Below are positions 13,504-28,053 of a DNA stretch of 64,000 bases, one piece after another. How positions within the stretch are numbered: position 1 is the stretch's first letter; each line of letters starts with the position of its first letter. The stretch lies in contig CM022677.1 of NCBI GenBank assembly GCA_012295275.1, positions 17,546,001 to 17,610,000 of the forward strand, given 5' to 3'. A program made the position numbers and the translations under genes. Source of the DNA: Chrysomallon squamiferum (Eukaryota > Animalia > Mollusca). The notes beneath the pieces were generated by a model that was not told where the DNA came from, did no database searches, and saw only the letters and a list, made by a program, of their open reading frames with translations.

Positions 13504-14272
13504 AGCAGTAGTAATAGTAGTAGTAGCCGTAGTTGTTGTTGTTGTTGATTGATTCCTGGCTACGCACGTCTTCTGTGCTAGAGCAACGAACTAAAAGATC
13601 TGGTCTTCAAAACAAAAGAATAATCTAAATATATTTGCACTTAATTTTATCTTTTATTTATTTGCTTGTTCTATTAGAAGACACATGTGCACAGTATTTG
13701 AATTCATGCTTCATTAAGTGACTGAAATAATAAACCTAAAATATACAGAAAAATAACATATATTATTTTATGATCTTTAAATATTAACAGTTTTTGTTAT
13801 TAATATTATAATTTTTTTTATTATTATTTACCCCCACATATACAAACATGCATATATAACTATTAATGTTATTATTATTATTTACCCCCCACATATTCAA
13901 ACATGCATATATAACTATTAATGTTGTTATTATTATTAAAAAAAAAAAAAAAAAAAAATAAAAAAAATATCACTGACCTGAAAATATTTGTAATAAAAAC
14001 AACTGTTCTCAATATCAACAAAATGAATCGGTTAATAGAAAATATTTTATAAGACTGAGCTGATAGCATATTATAAAGAAATGTTTTTTAAAAAATAGGA
14101 AGAAGAAATGATGTCGGAGGACGGTAAAATAAACTATTAAGACTGAGCTGACGGTTTCGTTGTATTTTCTGGAATGAAAGGCACCCAAGTATGTTTTCCT
14201 TCTTATTTTAGGGATGAGGTTCCATTGTATTGGTTATCCTTTTACAATATTTCACTCATACGCACACACCCA

Positions 14273-14416
<144 letters not shown>

Positions 14417-14722
14417 TCTAGTCTTTTTATATTTAAATTATTTGCTTGGATTTGTAACATTAATTACCATTCACTCTACGTTGACTAGGTTTTTCTAAGC
14501 TGCATATGAGTCTATGAGCTTACTTTGATAAATTTTTATTTGTAAAATTTACACAATTAGTACTAAGGAATAGTTGACATCAGTCTTGTGTATTCAAGAA
14601 ATCACTTAAACAGCTCAGATGAACTGTCAGCATTCTGTGTAAATACTGAGATTGGACTTCATATTATGAGTTCTAAAATAGTAATGCTGACATTACAATT
14701 ATATGCTTAAGTACATTAATGA

Positions 14723-14805
<83 letters not shown>

Positions 14806-15246
14806 ATATTTTATATATATTTATTTATTTTATTTATTTTATTTGCTTTTCCTCTTTTTGTCAATGTGCATCAATGTTAATACTGAGTCGAAATGAACAA
14901 CTGACAAATAAATATGAATGTGTATGTATGTATGTGTGTGTGTATCTATATATATATATATATATATATAAGTAACAACTCGCATTTGAACGTTATTACA
15001 TTTCAGTTGAATAATGCATCAATTCATTTTATTTGACGTCCTCAACGTCGAAGATTAATGTAAATTCAATGTAATTTTAATGCATGCTTAAACAATAAAC
15101 TCACGGTGCTAATTTTCTCCCTTGCGTTTATCGATATTGGGAAATTCTGATAAACAATATTCTAGCGGTAATAATTAATATGATTAAACAACGGTTTTTG
15201 TTCTTCTCTGGCTTTATTTGCACCTTCTATCACTCGGTAATCATAT

Positions 15247-15328
<82 letters not shown>

Positions 15329-15410
15329 CAGTAAGGTTGGACTCTCCTGTCTTTTAACTGAATATCTTATGAAATAAATAAACTACTTTCGCCGTTTTCT
15401 CACCTTTTAA

Positions 15411-15464
<54 letters not shown>

Positions 15465-15811
15465 GTAAAAATAGCATCTGCTAGAGCGAATGAAACCATT
15501 GCGTCACTGGATAATGATGCAATGACGTAGAATATTCCGTACATTTAATACTACCAAACGTCTCTTACGTCATTGATTACATAAGAGATAAAAATAATAA
15601 TAAAATAAAAAATAAAAAATAAAACAAATTGTTGTTTGATTTTTTAAAATAAATTTAGGATATCGTGTTTAAGTTAATGGACATTTTTTTATTTGTAATA
15701 TTCAACACCGATTACTGTCAAAACATTATCGGACTATTCAATATTTATTGTTACAAATGATTTTTGAATAGATTGATATAAAATTAACACAAATCGCAAG
15801 CGGGCGCGTGC

Positions 15812-15916
<105 letters not shown>

Positions 15917-16467
15917 TGTAGAGAGTATTTGTGTGTGTATATATATATATATATATATAAAATTATTGTTTATTTGTAATAGTGTATATTTGTGTATATG
16001 TGTGAATGTGAGTGTGTGTATATATATATATATATATATGCAAGTATGTATGACAGAACTGTTATTAGTTTATATATATATATATAAAATTATTGTATAT
16101 TTGTGTATATGTGTGAATGTGAGTGTGTGTATATATATATATATATGCATGTATGTATGACAGAACTGCTATTAGTTTATACGGTTTATGTTGCTCTTTT
16201 CAAAAGTAGGTCAGTATAATATTCGTGGGTCATCGCTCATTAATTGCATAATGAATTAGGAATAATAATAATAATGATACAAAATTAGAGAGCAAATGGC
16301 GTTGCGTAATGAAAAAATGGAAATGTTTGCATTTTCTAGGAACTGCCAAAGAAAGTCAAACAGTCGTTTTTTAACCTGCAGTCTGAAATCATGAATAGAT
16401 CAGAATAACAGAAACAAGGCGAAAGAGTTAAGGAACGTTGATAGATATATCTGTTAGATAGATAGAG

Positions 16468-16510
<43 letters not shown>

Positions 16511-16672
16511 CAAGCCTACACAGACATGTATTTTCTTCTTCTTATTATTGTGGTATTGTTAATTATGCTATTGTGGGGTGCGATACTAGTTTTTATCGAA
16601 ATTGCTAATGTAGTTGTGGTTGATGTTGCTGATGCCGTTTCTGTGTTCATATTGTTGTATTTGAGTTTGTTA

Positions 16673-16718
<46 letters not shown>

Positions 16719-16752
16719 GTTGTTGTTGTTGTTGTTGTTTTGTTGTTGTTGA

Positions 16753-16791
<39 letters not shown>

Positions 16792-16921
16792 TGTTTTCTG
16801 TCTATTATTTTAGCTTTTATTGCTTTCCGTTGTTTTCGTTTTCTGTCTCTCGAATTTCTTCTTTTTCTTTGTTTCTTTCCTTTTTTCTTTCTTTCCTTTT
16901 TCCTTTTTCCTTTTTTTTTTC

Positions 16922-16953
<32 letters not shown>

Positions 16954-17970
16954 CATGTTACGTAATGAAATATTTCGAACGATTTTGCGTTCGATGTTTT
17001 ACCATTTGTCTTAATTATTAAGCACGTTTAATTATCCGTGAAAATTTCTAAAGGCCATAGTTAAAATCTAATTCATTAACAATGTGATGGGTACTTTAAA
17101 CCCTGCTCCTACTTCGCGAGAAATTTTTGCTCGTTTTCTTCGGAATCCTATAATCATATTTACTTCTCATCTATCATGAATTATCGGCCTTGCTAATTAA
17201 TCTGAACAACCGTCCAGGTCGTTTATCTCCCTTCCTTTATAGTCGCTGCGTGTCGTTGGCGGTTTCTGTGGCCTACGTCATTCGGGTTTGTGGTTGATTA
17301 CCCGTGTAAAATGCGAGAAGACTGGTTATCGTCAAATGACGTCTATTTTGGCCAGCTGTGGTTATCGAACACAAGTGATGTCCATCTTTTGACCTGTAAT
17401 AGGTTTTTTTCCTGCCTTCCCCGTTTAATTACAAGTTCCAAAATATTATCTCCTTTTTGTTTATTGCCAAATATTCTTTGTAAGTTGATTGCCTTCGCTG
17501 TATTCGAAAGCAGACGGCGTTGATTAGAAAAATTTTACTTGGCGTTTTTATTATTTATTTGAAAATTTCAGTTTTTTTCTTGAAATTTATTATTATTATT
17601 ATTATTGTTGTTGTTGTTGTTGTTGTTGTTGCTGGTTTTGTTGTTGTTGTTAACTTCATCATCTTCATAATCATCACCATCCTCGTTATTTTTCATTTAA
17701 ATCTAAAAATGCTGTTATTTCTGTTATTATTACCTATTACTTCTACTGCAACTATTTTTACATGTATAAAAATATAAAAGCTGTAAGGATTTGTTCTTTA
17801 TCTATCTAAGTGAAATAATTTTGTGATTAATTCACTTGTCACGTGGTCTAAAATCCGCTGTTTCTATTAATGTACAATTAAATCTCTTTATTTTATTTGT
17901 GTATTACTGACGAAAGTAACCTAACGAGTTATAAGCAATGATACACTTCTAAAACAAATATCATAATATA

Positions 17971-18001
<31 letters not shown>

Positions 18002-18320
18002 GTAAATTATTGTTGTTTCTGGACTTACACGTATTAGTAGTATTAAGCAACAAAACAGCTCTAAAAGCACAAGTGTTTGGAGACAGTGTAAATAAAAATA
18101 AATAAATAAATCTAAATAAATAAACAAATAAATAAATAAATAAATGTTGTTGTTGTTGTTCTAAGTATTAATAATAATAAACACTTTAGAGTTCTAAAAA
18201 AATATTTATAGACTTAATAAATAAAAATAAATAATAAATAAAATATCGCTGTTGTTGTTATAAGCATTAATGTAAAGAAAAGAAGAAAATAAACTAAACA
18301 AGAAATAATAATCAGATTTA

Positions 18321-18386
<66 letters not shown>

Positions 18387-18388
<2 letters not shown>

Positions 18389-18667
18389 AACTTATGTTAT
18401 TCTTAGTGATAACGTGAATACAATGTTGTATTTTCTTCTGCTCAGTTTTGCTGTTTTACTATGTATTTATACAAAATAACATTTCATGTAAGTAAAGTTT
18501 TTACAAAGTGATACTATGTATTAGCATATTTCATGTAAGGTTTTACAATGCATTCAATACAATGTTAATTATATTGAACTGAGTTTTGCTACATAAACTT
18601 TTATTAAGCATTACAATGAATTCAGAACATTTATACATCTGTGATAACATTTCAATTTTTCTTAACA
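18387..18667 (+). repeat. Dispersed repeat of about 280 bp, copy A (inverted relative to 25059-25343)
   Basis: Reverse complement of 25059-25343 with only a few substitutions and one 4-nt indel; abuts a GATA/TA microsatellite. Confidence 0.9.
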
Positions 18668-19070
18668 ATATGCATATCAAAGTTTATTACACATAATCAA
18701 AATTATTGTTACAAGCAATTTAAAGACCTCCAATGCAAAAACCACACACACACACACACACACTCACACACACACTCACACACACACATACACAAACACG
18801 AACAAATACACGGACGTACGTACACCATGCAAACGTAGAATCATTCATTCTGATACGTTAAGAATTAATGCCAGTAACCAAAATTTTGTACAAATTATAT
18901 TCATTTTTCAATAACTCTACTTTTACGCACAAACGCATGCGCGCACGCAACCACCAAAATATGCATTTTCATACAAATCAAAAGACCAAATATATATATA
19001 TATAAAATTTAGTAACGTATTTGCAGATTTTTAAATAAAATGAACCACAAAACTCAAAATTCACAAACGT

Positions 19071-19139
<69 letters not shown>

Positions 19140-19179
19140 CACACACACACACACACACACATACATATAAACACACATT

Positions 19180-19219
<40 letters not shown>

Positions 19220-19988
19220 CGTGAAGAGAAATAAAAGTAATAATACAAAGTTACACTGTACACATTCAAATGGTCGTATTCTTCAAGATGCAAATTCCTC
19301 CAGTAAATGCAGATGCAAGCCAATATTTTAATATATAATATATAGAATTATATATTATGTTCGTGTGTTTATGTGTCTGTCTGTGTGTTAAATATAAATG
19401 TTTTTGTAAAATAAAGCTGCAAACGAGTATTATTAATTTATTAATCGTATGTGTGTACGTGCGTGCATGGTATCGTGTGCATGTGTAATTTAGATTCCAA
19501 TTTAAAACATAAATAGAATTTGTATTTCTTTCTGTTACCTCTTTTGTTTTATTTCTAATATATATGCGTGTATGAGCGAAATTGTGTAATTATGTTTTAG
19601 AATAATTTAAAACAAAGTCTGAATATTTGTGTGTGTGTGTTTGTGTCTATTCTTCGAAATGTCGTGGGTTATATATCTGTACATGTGTGTGTGTGTGTGC
19701 GTATGTGTGTGAGATCAGTATCTGACTCATGGTATCGATCAACAGCCTTGCAAATTATAGACACGCACACACGCACAGCAAGTAACAATAACTAAACAGA
19801 GAGGACGAATCTTTGCAGAGAAAAGTGGGTGGAAAGAGAAATTAAAAACTGTACGTGTATACTGACACGTGAACACACTCGTTTACAATGAAACACACAC
19901 ACGCACACACACACTCACACATAGACAGACCACTCATACATATATAAATATATATATATATATGTATGTATGTATATGTATATATATG

Positions 19989-20039
<51 letters not shown>

Positions 20040-20113
20040 AATCTGTATATATAATTATGTATGTATGTATATACATAAATATGTGTGAATATATGTGCAT
20101 ATGAATATATATA

Positions 20114-20149
<36 letters not shown>

Positions 20150-20159
20150 TGTGTATATC

Positions 20160-20197
<38 letters not shown>

Positions 20198-21792
20198 AAC
20201 ACACTTATATAAATATATAAGTACAAAACTTACAAAAGTACACTCACACACACACACACACACACATACAGACAGACACTCATAAACACATAAGACGAAT
20301 CACTAACACATTAGCCATGATAATAAACAAGTTCGCTATAAGAAGAAGAAGAAAAAAAAAAAAACCGAAATAAAAAACGTGATTCGAACAATGACGTCTG
20401 TGTTCTCGTTAAACATAACGATATTTATCGCTGTAACAGAAACCTCCGAAAACCTTTCACAACCAAGATGGCGACGCACGAAGCGGTATAATTATGAACA
20501 TTAAATTCTCATCCGACGACTTGAGAACAAAAGTAACGAGTTTCCTAAACGAAGCCTCGTTTCTACTGTTACGTGGTTATCTCCCTCAAGTTTGTTTTTT
20601 TTCCCGCCAATATTTATAATTACACGTGGTATCAAGTAACCGGTGCTCTGAAATTAATGTTGCTGTTATTCGTTGTTTATTATAATAATACTACGTTAAT
20701 GCATTTGATATTACATCTGTTTTTCTATCGTTTTTATTTCGATGGTGATTGGATATTTTTGTTAAGTTTTTTTTTATGTCACATTAAAGTGAATTGTGTG
20801 TTTGTATGTTGCTTGCGAGCGAGTGTGTAGGTATATTTCATTTCTTAAATTTCAAATAGTAAGTCTTTCCTTTTCAGATCGATCAATGAAGAAACAGACA
20901 AACAGACAGACAGATTTAGATGGATAAATATATAGAGAGACTGAGCAACAGATAGTCAGATAGGTAGATAAGTAGGTATTTGGACAGAAAACCAGACAAA
21001 TAAAATAAGCAGGTAAAACAGACGTACAGACAAATAAGTGATTAAGTATTTGGTTGAAAGATATAAATACAGATACACAGGAGATCAACAGGGTTTAACG
21101 AGATAGTTATTACATTGTTTTATTATCAAAATAACGTATTCCTTCGATTTAATCGACTGTAATGTAATGACGTAAGAACAACGTAGACACGTAGAAACGA
21201 ATATCATACAAGTGTATGTAAAGAACAATTAACAGTCAAAAATATGTCAGTTAAGTTGTGTTGTGTTTAGAATGGTCATGGTGCAATTGTTAAATTTTCT
21301 TTTTCTTAATAGTAACTGAAGGTAAAGATTCACATACAAAAATGGCGATAAGTGAAATTTTAAGATTTATTTTTTTTTTTTTTTTTTTCCAGATTTCCTT
21401 CGGATATCCCGAAATTCGAAAAATCATTATGAAATTGAGGATCAAGAGTAATTAAGTATATTATGACAGCCGGTATAGGTATAAATATGACCTCTACTCA
21501 AATTCTCAAATATAACATTTTGAATAAAGTGTGCTTACGTTCGTGCACGTGCGTTATCTATTCCACCCTTTCATATTTGAGCTGTATCTCCTGTCTGTCT
21601 GTCTGTCTGTCTGTCGAGTTGTCAAATGAGAGTTATCAGTGGTGAAGTAAAGATAAGTTACCGCGGGTTTCTTAAGAAAAGTGAAAGAGACAAATGAACT
21701 GGATAAAAATACATAGTGGAGTCATCGAGTGCAGTCTAGATCGGGAAATTTTTTTTTTTTAATTTTTGGAATATGAATTACAGTTGTTAATG

Positions 21793-21828
<36 letters not shown>

Positions 21829-22077
21829 CATTATTATTATTATTATTATTTTTTATTATCATATTACTATTTTTATAATTACTATTATTATTAAAATTAT
21901 TATTATCATTATCATTATTATTATTTTTATTATCATTATCATTATCATTATTGTTGTTATCATTATTATTATCATTATTATTATTATCGTTATCATTATT
22001 ATTATTACTATTTTTATTTTATTTTTCTGTTTTTATTGTTTGCTTGGTTAGGGTTTTGTTGTTGTTTTTGTTTAGTT

Positions 22078-22158
<81 letters not shown>

Positions 22159-22387
22159 AAAAAACACCGCAATATCGTTTTACTTCTAAAATATTTAATA
22201 ATTTAAACTTTTTTCTTTCTTTTTTCTCAAAATATATACATTTCTATAATCACCGTTTTATTATTATTAGATTAATTAATTTATTATTTTGCTCAAACTT
22301 ACACTGTATCGGTGTCTTTTGTTCTGGTTTTTATACTCTATGTATTTTTTATCGACAGATGGTGTAACAACGCAGAAGATGTGTGCG

Positions 22388-22459
<72 letters not shown>

Positions 22460-22739
22460 TATTTTTTCTTAAATATGTTTATTTCTAATTAAATAAGATA
22501 TTAAAATAACTGTAGAACAATAATAACAAAACAATAAAAATAGCATAAAAAACCCCCACATTAACGACAACATTAATAATAACGATAACAACAAAAACAA
22601 CAACAATAACAATAGAAAGTACTACTACTACTAATAATAATAATAACAGAAGTACTACTACTACTAATAATAATAATAACAGAAGTAACAATAAGAACAT
22701 TTTAAAACATAGAAGTAACAACAATTATAACAATAACAA

Positions 22740-23045
22740 TAATAATAACAATAATAATAATATCAATAACAGCAATTACAAATAGCAAAACAATACAACA
22801 ATAACAACAACAATAAAAATAAAAGTAACAATAATAGTAATAACAATACAACAATAACAACAATAAAAATAAAAGTAACAATAATAGTAAGAACAATACA
22901 ACAATAATAACAACAATAAAAATAAAAGTAACAATAACAGTAATAACAATACAACAATAATAACAACAACAATAAAAATAAAAGTAACAATAATAGTAAG
23001 AACAATAACAACAACAACAACAACAATTGCAAATAGCAATAACAA
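22740..23045. repeat. Compound AAT/AAC microsatellite with a higher-order unit of about 50-60 bp
   Basis: CAATAAAAATAAAAGTAACAATAATAGTAA recurs four times within the triplet runs. Confidence 0.8.
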
Positions 23046-23344
23046 TACATGTATAATACAAAAAACCGTTTAATAAATAACAGCATAATTCCTAAAGCCA
23101 GCGATTACCGTCAGTTTGTCATCATGAATAATATCGTTAGTTTTCCCTTTTGCGGCTCTTTGAGCTATTTTTCCCATTTATCATCAGCCCGAGGCAAAAA
23201 AACGCAACATAGCCAACCAAACCAAACCAAACCAAACCAACCAGCAAACCAGCAGTCCACAAAACAGCGCGCTTTTAAAAGTGTGTCGCTTTTTTGTTTT
23301 TTTGCCGCTATCGAGAAGAAAAAAAAAAAAAAAAAAAAAAAAAA

Positions 23345-23915
23345 ATCCTCTCGACACGTCACGTCACGCGCGCGAGCAACACCTCTAACCAGGGATATCC
23401 TCCTTTATCTGGGCTCCGCGTTCAGGAAATCCCCGCCTCTGATTGGTCGCGTCCGCGAGTGCGGCATGTCAATCAAACCAATCAGCTGCTGGTTTACAAT
23501 GGCCGCCTGGAAAGAAAGGATGAAAACACAAGGCCTCAGTACACGCGCTTTTTACGAAAAAACCTATCCACTGCTGAATATAGTCCCTCAGGTGATATCG
23601 GTTTGAAATCTTGCGAAATTCGGACGAAAATCCTCGTCGAATTGGCGCCGGCTCTGCACGCGCTGGTGACGCAGATGTTGAAAAAAATGCGCCTCGTTTC
23701 GGCGAACTGAGTGGAAAAACGGGACCGAACGTCGCAGCCGCGGAGGGATATTTTTAAATGTCTGTTAGCCGGCCTAGCGTCATCACAAAGAGAGATTGGA
23801 ATATGTCAGAGAGAGTTTTTTAAGGTGTAAACTGTCCACCGTAAGATTACGTCGATTTTATCGCGGGAACTTTACCAATACACGGACAGACAGACGGACG
23901 GGATTTCCGCAAGTG
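23345..23915 (+). promoter_or_regulatory. CpG-rich promoter and 5' UTR of the E-protein gene
   Basis: Sharp CpG enrichment; CACGTCACGTCA (CRE/E-box-like), GC box CCCCGCCTC, CCAAT boxes (GATTGG, CCAATC) and YY1-like AATGGCCGCC; a second YY1-like CGCCATTTT lies just after the first donor (about 24000). Confidence 0.75.
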
Positions 23916-23974
23916 ATGCAAAATTCTGAACCGGGTTCGGGAGATCTTCACCACTGGGAGCGTATTCCAGGAAG
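23916..23974 (+). CDS. TCF12: E-protein gene, putative coding exon 1 (MQNSEPGSGDLHHWERIPG-S)
   Basis: ATG at 23916 and strong donor AAG|GTAAGG at 23974/5; phase 2 joins in frame (AG+C = Ser) to exon 30791. Confidence 0.65.
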
Positions 23975-24524
23975 GTAAGGGGGAACATGCTCTTTTGGTC
24001 GCCATTTTGGCCCGTTTCTTCCAAAACCATTGTATCCCGGGGAAAAAAAAGTCGTCGCCTGGTCCGATGAATCGGGCCGACCGACGTCGCTGCAGCCTGC
24101 TTATATACGTCGTCGTGCCCGTTCGGTTTCTCGCACGTCGACCCCGGTGTCATGTCGTCGCAAATTTTTTTTTTTTTGCATGTGCAACGATCGATGTCGA
24201 ACGCTGTAAACGTAACATTTGTTTTGTTGTTGTTTTTTTAAAAACCGTTCTAATCTTCCGAAGGTTTTGTTTTGTTTTTTTTTTTTTGTTTTTTTTTTTA
24301 AAAAAAGAAGAGGAAAAATATTTATATGCGATTATTATTTAATTTAATTTAATTTAATTTTTTTTTTTAAAATGTTCCTGCACCGTTTTTTTCTGAGTTA
24401 AGATTAAAAGCAGCATGTTTACGTTCAGCAAGGTTTTGCGATCGTAACAAGGGTGTGTAGTTGCTTAAGCGTGTTCCTATACACCTGCATTATCCAACTG
24501 TTGCCGTTCTTGGTTAATATGTGG

Positions 24525-24560
<36 letters not shown>

Positions 24561-25058
24561 CGGCCACAGATTTCAGCTGTTGAGCCACCTGGTATATCAC
24601 CTGGTTTATACAACTCGTATTATACAATTATACAATAAAAAGTCGTATTATCTATACACAACAAATAATTAGTAAAGCGTGTACTTTATCTTCTTCGTCG
24701 TCAAACATGAAATGTGTTGTTTACAAAATATGATTGATAAGTAAATGTAATATACACAAATAACCATTAGACAAAACTGCATTATTTAGAGTATACATTT
24801 TTTTTTAAATATATAATATATATAGTTTAAAAGAATAAAACATTTAAAAATATATAAATATATTTACAATCTGTACGTAAATAAACGCATGATATAAACA
24901 CTGTCACATTTAAATAACACGAAAAGGAAATTTATTTAGTAGATAAATAAATACTGAATAAAATTTCAAATAATTATCTGAATATCTAGCTACAGTAAGT
25001 ACTTGAAAATTACACTTTCATAACATAAATTAAAAACTGTCTTACATTAGAAAAAAAA

Positions 25059-25338
25059 TGTTAAGAAAAATTGAAATGTTATCACAGATGTATGTATAAA
25101 TGTTCTGAATTCATTGTAATGCTTAATAAAAGTTTATGTAGCAAAACTCAGTTCAATATAATTAACATTGTATTGAATGCATAGTAAAACCTTACATGAA
25201 ATATGCTAATACATAGTATCACTTTGTAAAAACTTAACTTACATGAAATGTTATTTTGTATAAATACATAGTAAAACAGCAAAAGTGAGCAGAAGAAAAT
25301 ACAACATTGTATTAACGTTATCACTAAGAATAACATAA

Positions 25339-25343
<5 letters not shown>
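25059..25343 (-). repeat. Dispersed repeat of about 280 bp, copy B (inverted relative to 18387-18667)
   Basis: Direct reverse-complement match to copy A; abuts (TA)n. Confidence 0.9.
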
Positions 25344-25383
<40 letters not shown>

Positions 25384-25926
25384 CAAAGTAGTATTTAGAA
25401 ATGCAAAATGATTTATAGGTTTATCAAAATATTTAAATTATTTATCAAAAACAATAAAGTTAAATAGATAAAAATAACAGTTAAAAATTAACATTAAAAA
25501 AAAATACAGACTGTTTTTAAAAGAATGAACAACAATCACCCATTCTATATTCATACATATATGTATGTGGGTATGTGCATATATTTGTATGTGTATATAT
25601 ATATATATATTAATATATATGAGAGATGATTTATGACAAACCCATACCTGAAAAATAAAAAAAAAAAAAAAAAACGACAACCAAAGCATTTATTGCCTTT
25701 TTGGTTTTAATTAAATAAATTAAACAAATGTGATGCATATTATTTTTAAATTAATGTTGTTCAGTTTTAAACAGCAAACGTGAATTGCTTTTAGATTATT
25801 TATGCAGATGGATGATTAAAAATAATACAGTAGTTATGTTTACACAGAAAATATTTATATAACAGTTTCATTACCACCTAGGCTACTTTGTTCAGATTTA
25901 TATTTATATACTGTATGTATTATGCA

Positions 25927-25961
<35 letters not shown>

Positions 25962-26029
25962 TTGTATGAGAGAGAGAGAGAGAGAGAGAGATATATATAT
26001 AGAGAAATAAATAAATAAATGAACAAATA

Positions 26030-26160
26030 CAGCTAGGTTCTGTAGATAGGTAAGTAGACACTAACAAATAAATATAGGAAGAAATAGTTAATGGAAAAAT
26101 TTGTTGTTAGAATATCTATTAATATATCTATTGATCAGAATTGTTTCTACGTTCCAAGGC
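26030..26160 (+). repeat. Dispersed repeat, second copy at 63190-63322
   Basis: Shared GGAAGAAA(T/C)AGTTAATGGAAAAATTTGTTGT(T/C)AGAATATC..ATTAATATATCTATTGATCAGAATTGTTT; both copies follow (GA)n. Confidence 0.85.
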
Positions 26161-26390
26161 TGTTTGATGCTGACTCTAAAACAAACCATTGAGAATAGTT
26201 TTTATAAAACTAACTTTTTTACAGGATACCAGTGTATGAACCATGAAATAATAATAATAATAATAATATAGTAATAACATAGTAAAATAAAATAATAAAT
26301 ATATATGTGTGAATGTGTGTGTGTGTGTGTTTGTGTGTGTATATATATATACATACATACACATATATATATTATACACATACACACATA

Positions 26391-26428
<38 letters not shown>

Positions 26429-26926
26429 CATACATACATACACATACACACATATACATACATACATATATAGCTAAATAGAAAAAGTAATAACAACAAT
26501 AAATGAACAAAACAAAAATCCAAATCCACAAAAAAACAGACGCGAATCATTTCCAAATTCATCCCAGTGCAAAATGTTATGGTCAGATTCGGCGATGCGT
26601 GACGATTACTAAGATGCGCCGGGACAGACAGTTGCTATTGTTGTCGTCGTGTCCAGTGACCCGTGACACCTTTAGACAGGTGTGTGAAGTTCATTCAAGT
26701 TCGCGCCGACCGTAACGAAGGTGTGACTTGGCGTGTATTCGAGCGCACTTCTGTTGTTTTTCTGTGTCGTGCAGATTGAAATGAAAAAAATCTTGCGAGG
26801 TCTGAAATGTGAACTTCAGATGTGTTAAAATCAGTATAAAATGTGTCATTTTTTTTGTCAAAAAAACATGGTTGGCATGTATTAAAAACTGACGTTAAGT
26901 GTTAAAAATTTAATATCATTTATATT

Positions 26927-27050
26927 TAAACCTGGTATATAATAACATTTGTATTAAACCTGGTATATAATAACATTTGTATTAAACCTGGTATATAACA
27001 ACATTTATATTAAACCTGGTATGTAATACCATTTATATAACAACTGGTAT
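26927..27050. repeat. 28-bp minisatellite, about 4.5 copies
   Basis: TAAACCTGGTATATAATAACATTTGTAT; CCTGG at 26931, 26959, 26987 and 27015. Confidence 0.9.
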
Positions 27051-27197
27051 CTCACTGCTGCTGATATCAAATTTACCAGAAATTGGCTTTAGTTCAAAAG
27101 CTTGTATGCGATCATGCATTAAAAATTGGTATTGGACATCACGACATATATTACTTTATTGTTATTATTTTTCTATATATCTCTATACCTATATATA

Positions 27198-27230
<33 letters not shown>

Positions 27231-27249
27231 GTAAATATATATGTGTGTA

Positions 27250-27281
<32 letters not shown>

Positions 27282-27934
27282 AATCAGAACAAAGAATGTG
27301 GTAATGAAACTGTTGTATAAATATTTACTGTGTAAACAAAACTACTGTATTATTTTCAATCAGTCATCTGCATGTAATATTACATTAAAATGAAACATTA
27401 AACAAGTTGTAATTACGAATTCTTACTGATAAAGCTTTGTAGCTAAAAATTGTAATTTTAATATATCAAAACTTGTATTCGATATCGGTTAAAAATTAAT
27501 ATGTACATCAGGTTTTAAAAATTTAAAAATAAATACATATATAAAAATGTAATAGCCGTAAGTTGAAGTCTGAAATGCAATGTCATGATGTTAAACAAAC
27601 AAACGTATTTGACATGTCAGATATTAAAAATGTTCATACATGGGTCTGATGTTAATATTGGTATGTATCTGAGAATTATAAGTTGTATTTGACAGGTTGG
27701 GAGTTTAGAAACAGCTTTATGATTTAGCCAGCTTTTTTTTTTTTTTTTTATTATTATTATTATTTTTTTTATAGCTTTTAGAATCATAACATTTAACCAA
27801 AATGAAACAAAAAAAATACAGTAAAATAATTTCATCAAACTGCATATTTTGCATGTTAACAAATTTTTTTTGTTTTAGAAGTTAATGTATTTGATGTGGA
27901 TAGGGACTGTATATATCTGTAAAAAGGGGACTAT

Positions 27935-27986
<52 letters not shown>

Positions 27987-28017
27987 CACATACACAAAAA
28001 TACATATATATACACAC

Positions 28018-28053
<36 letters not shown>

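Noticed and set aside
20468-20491. ATG GCG ACG CAC GAA GCG|GTATAA as a daughterless-like MAT.. first exon
   Set aside because: Weak donor, phase 0 is incompatible with exon 2, and the ATGGCG is explained by a YY1-type motif.
23049-24342. ORFs of 93-185 aa over the promoter
   Set aside because: By-products of a GC-rich promoter and poly-A/T runs with no recognisable domains; only 23916-23974 has splice and frame support.
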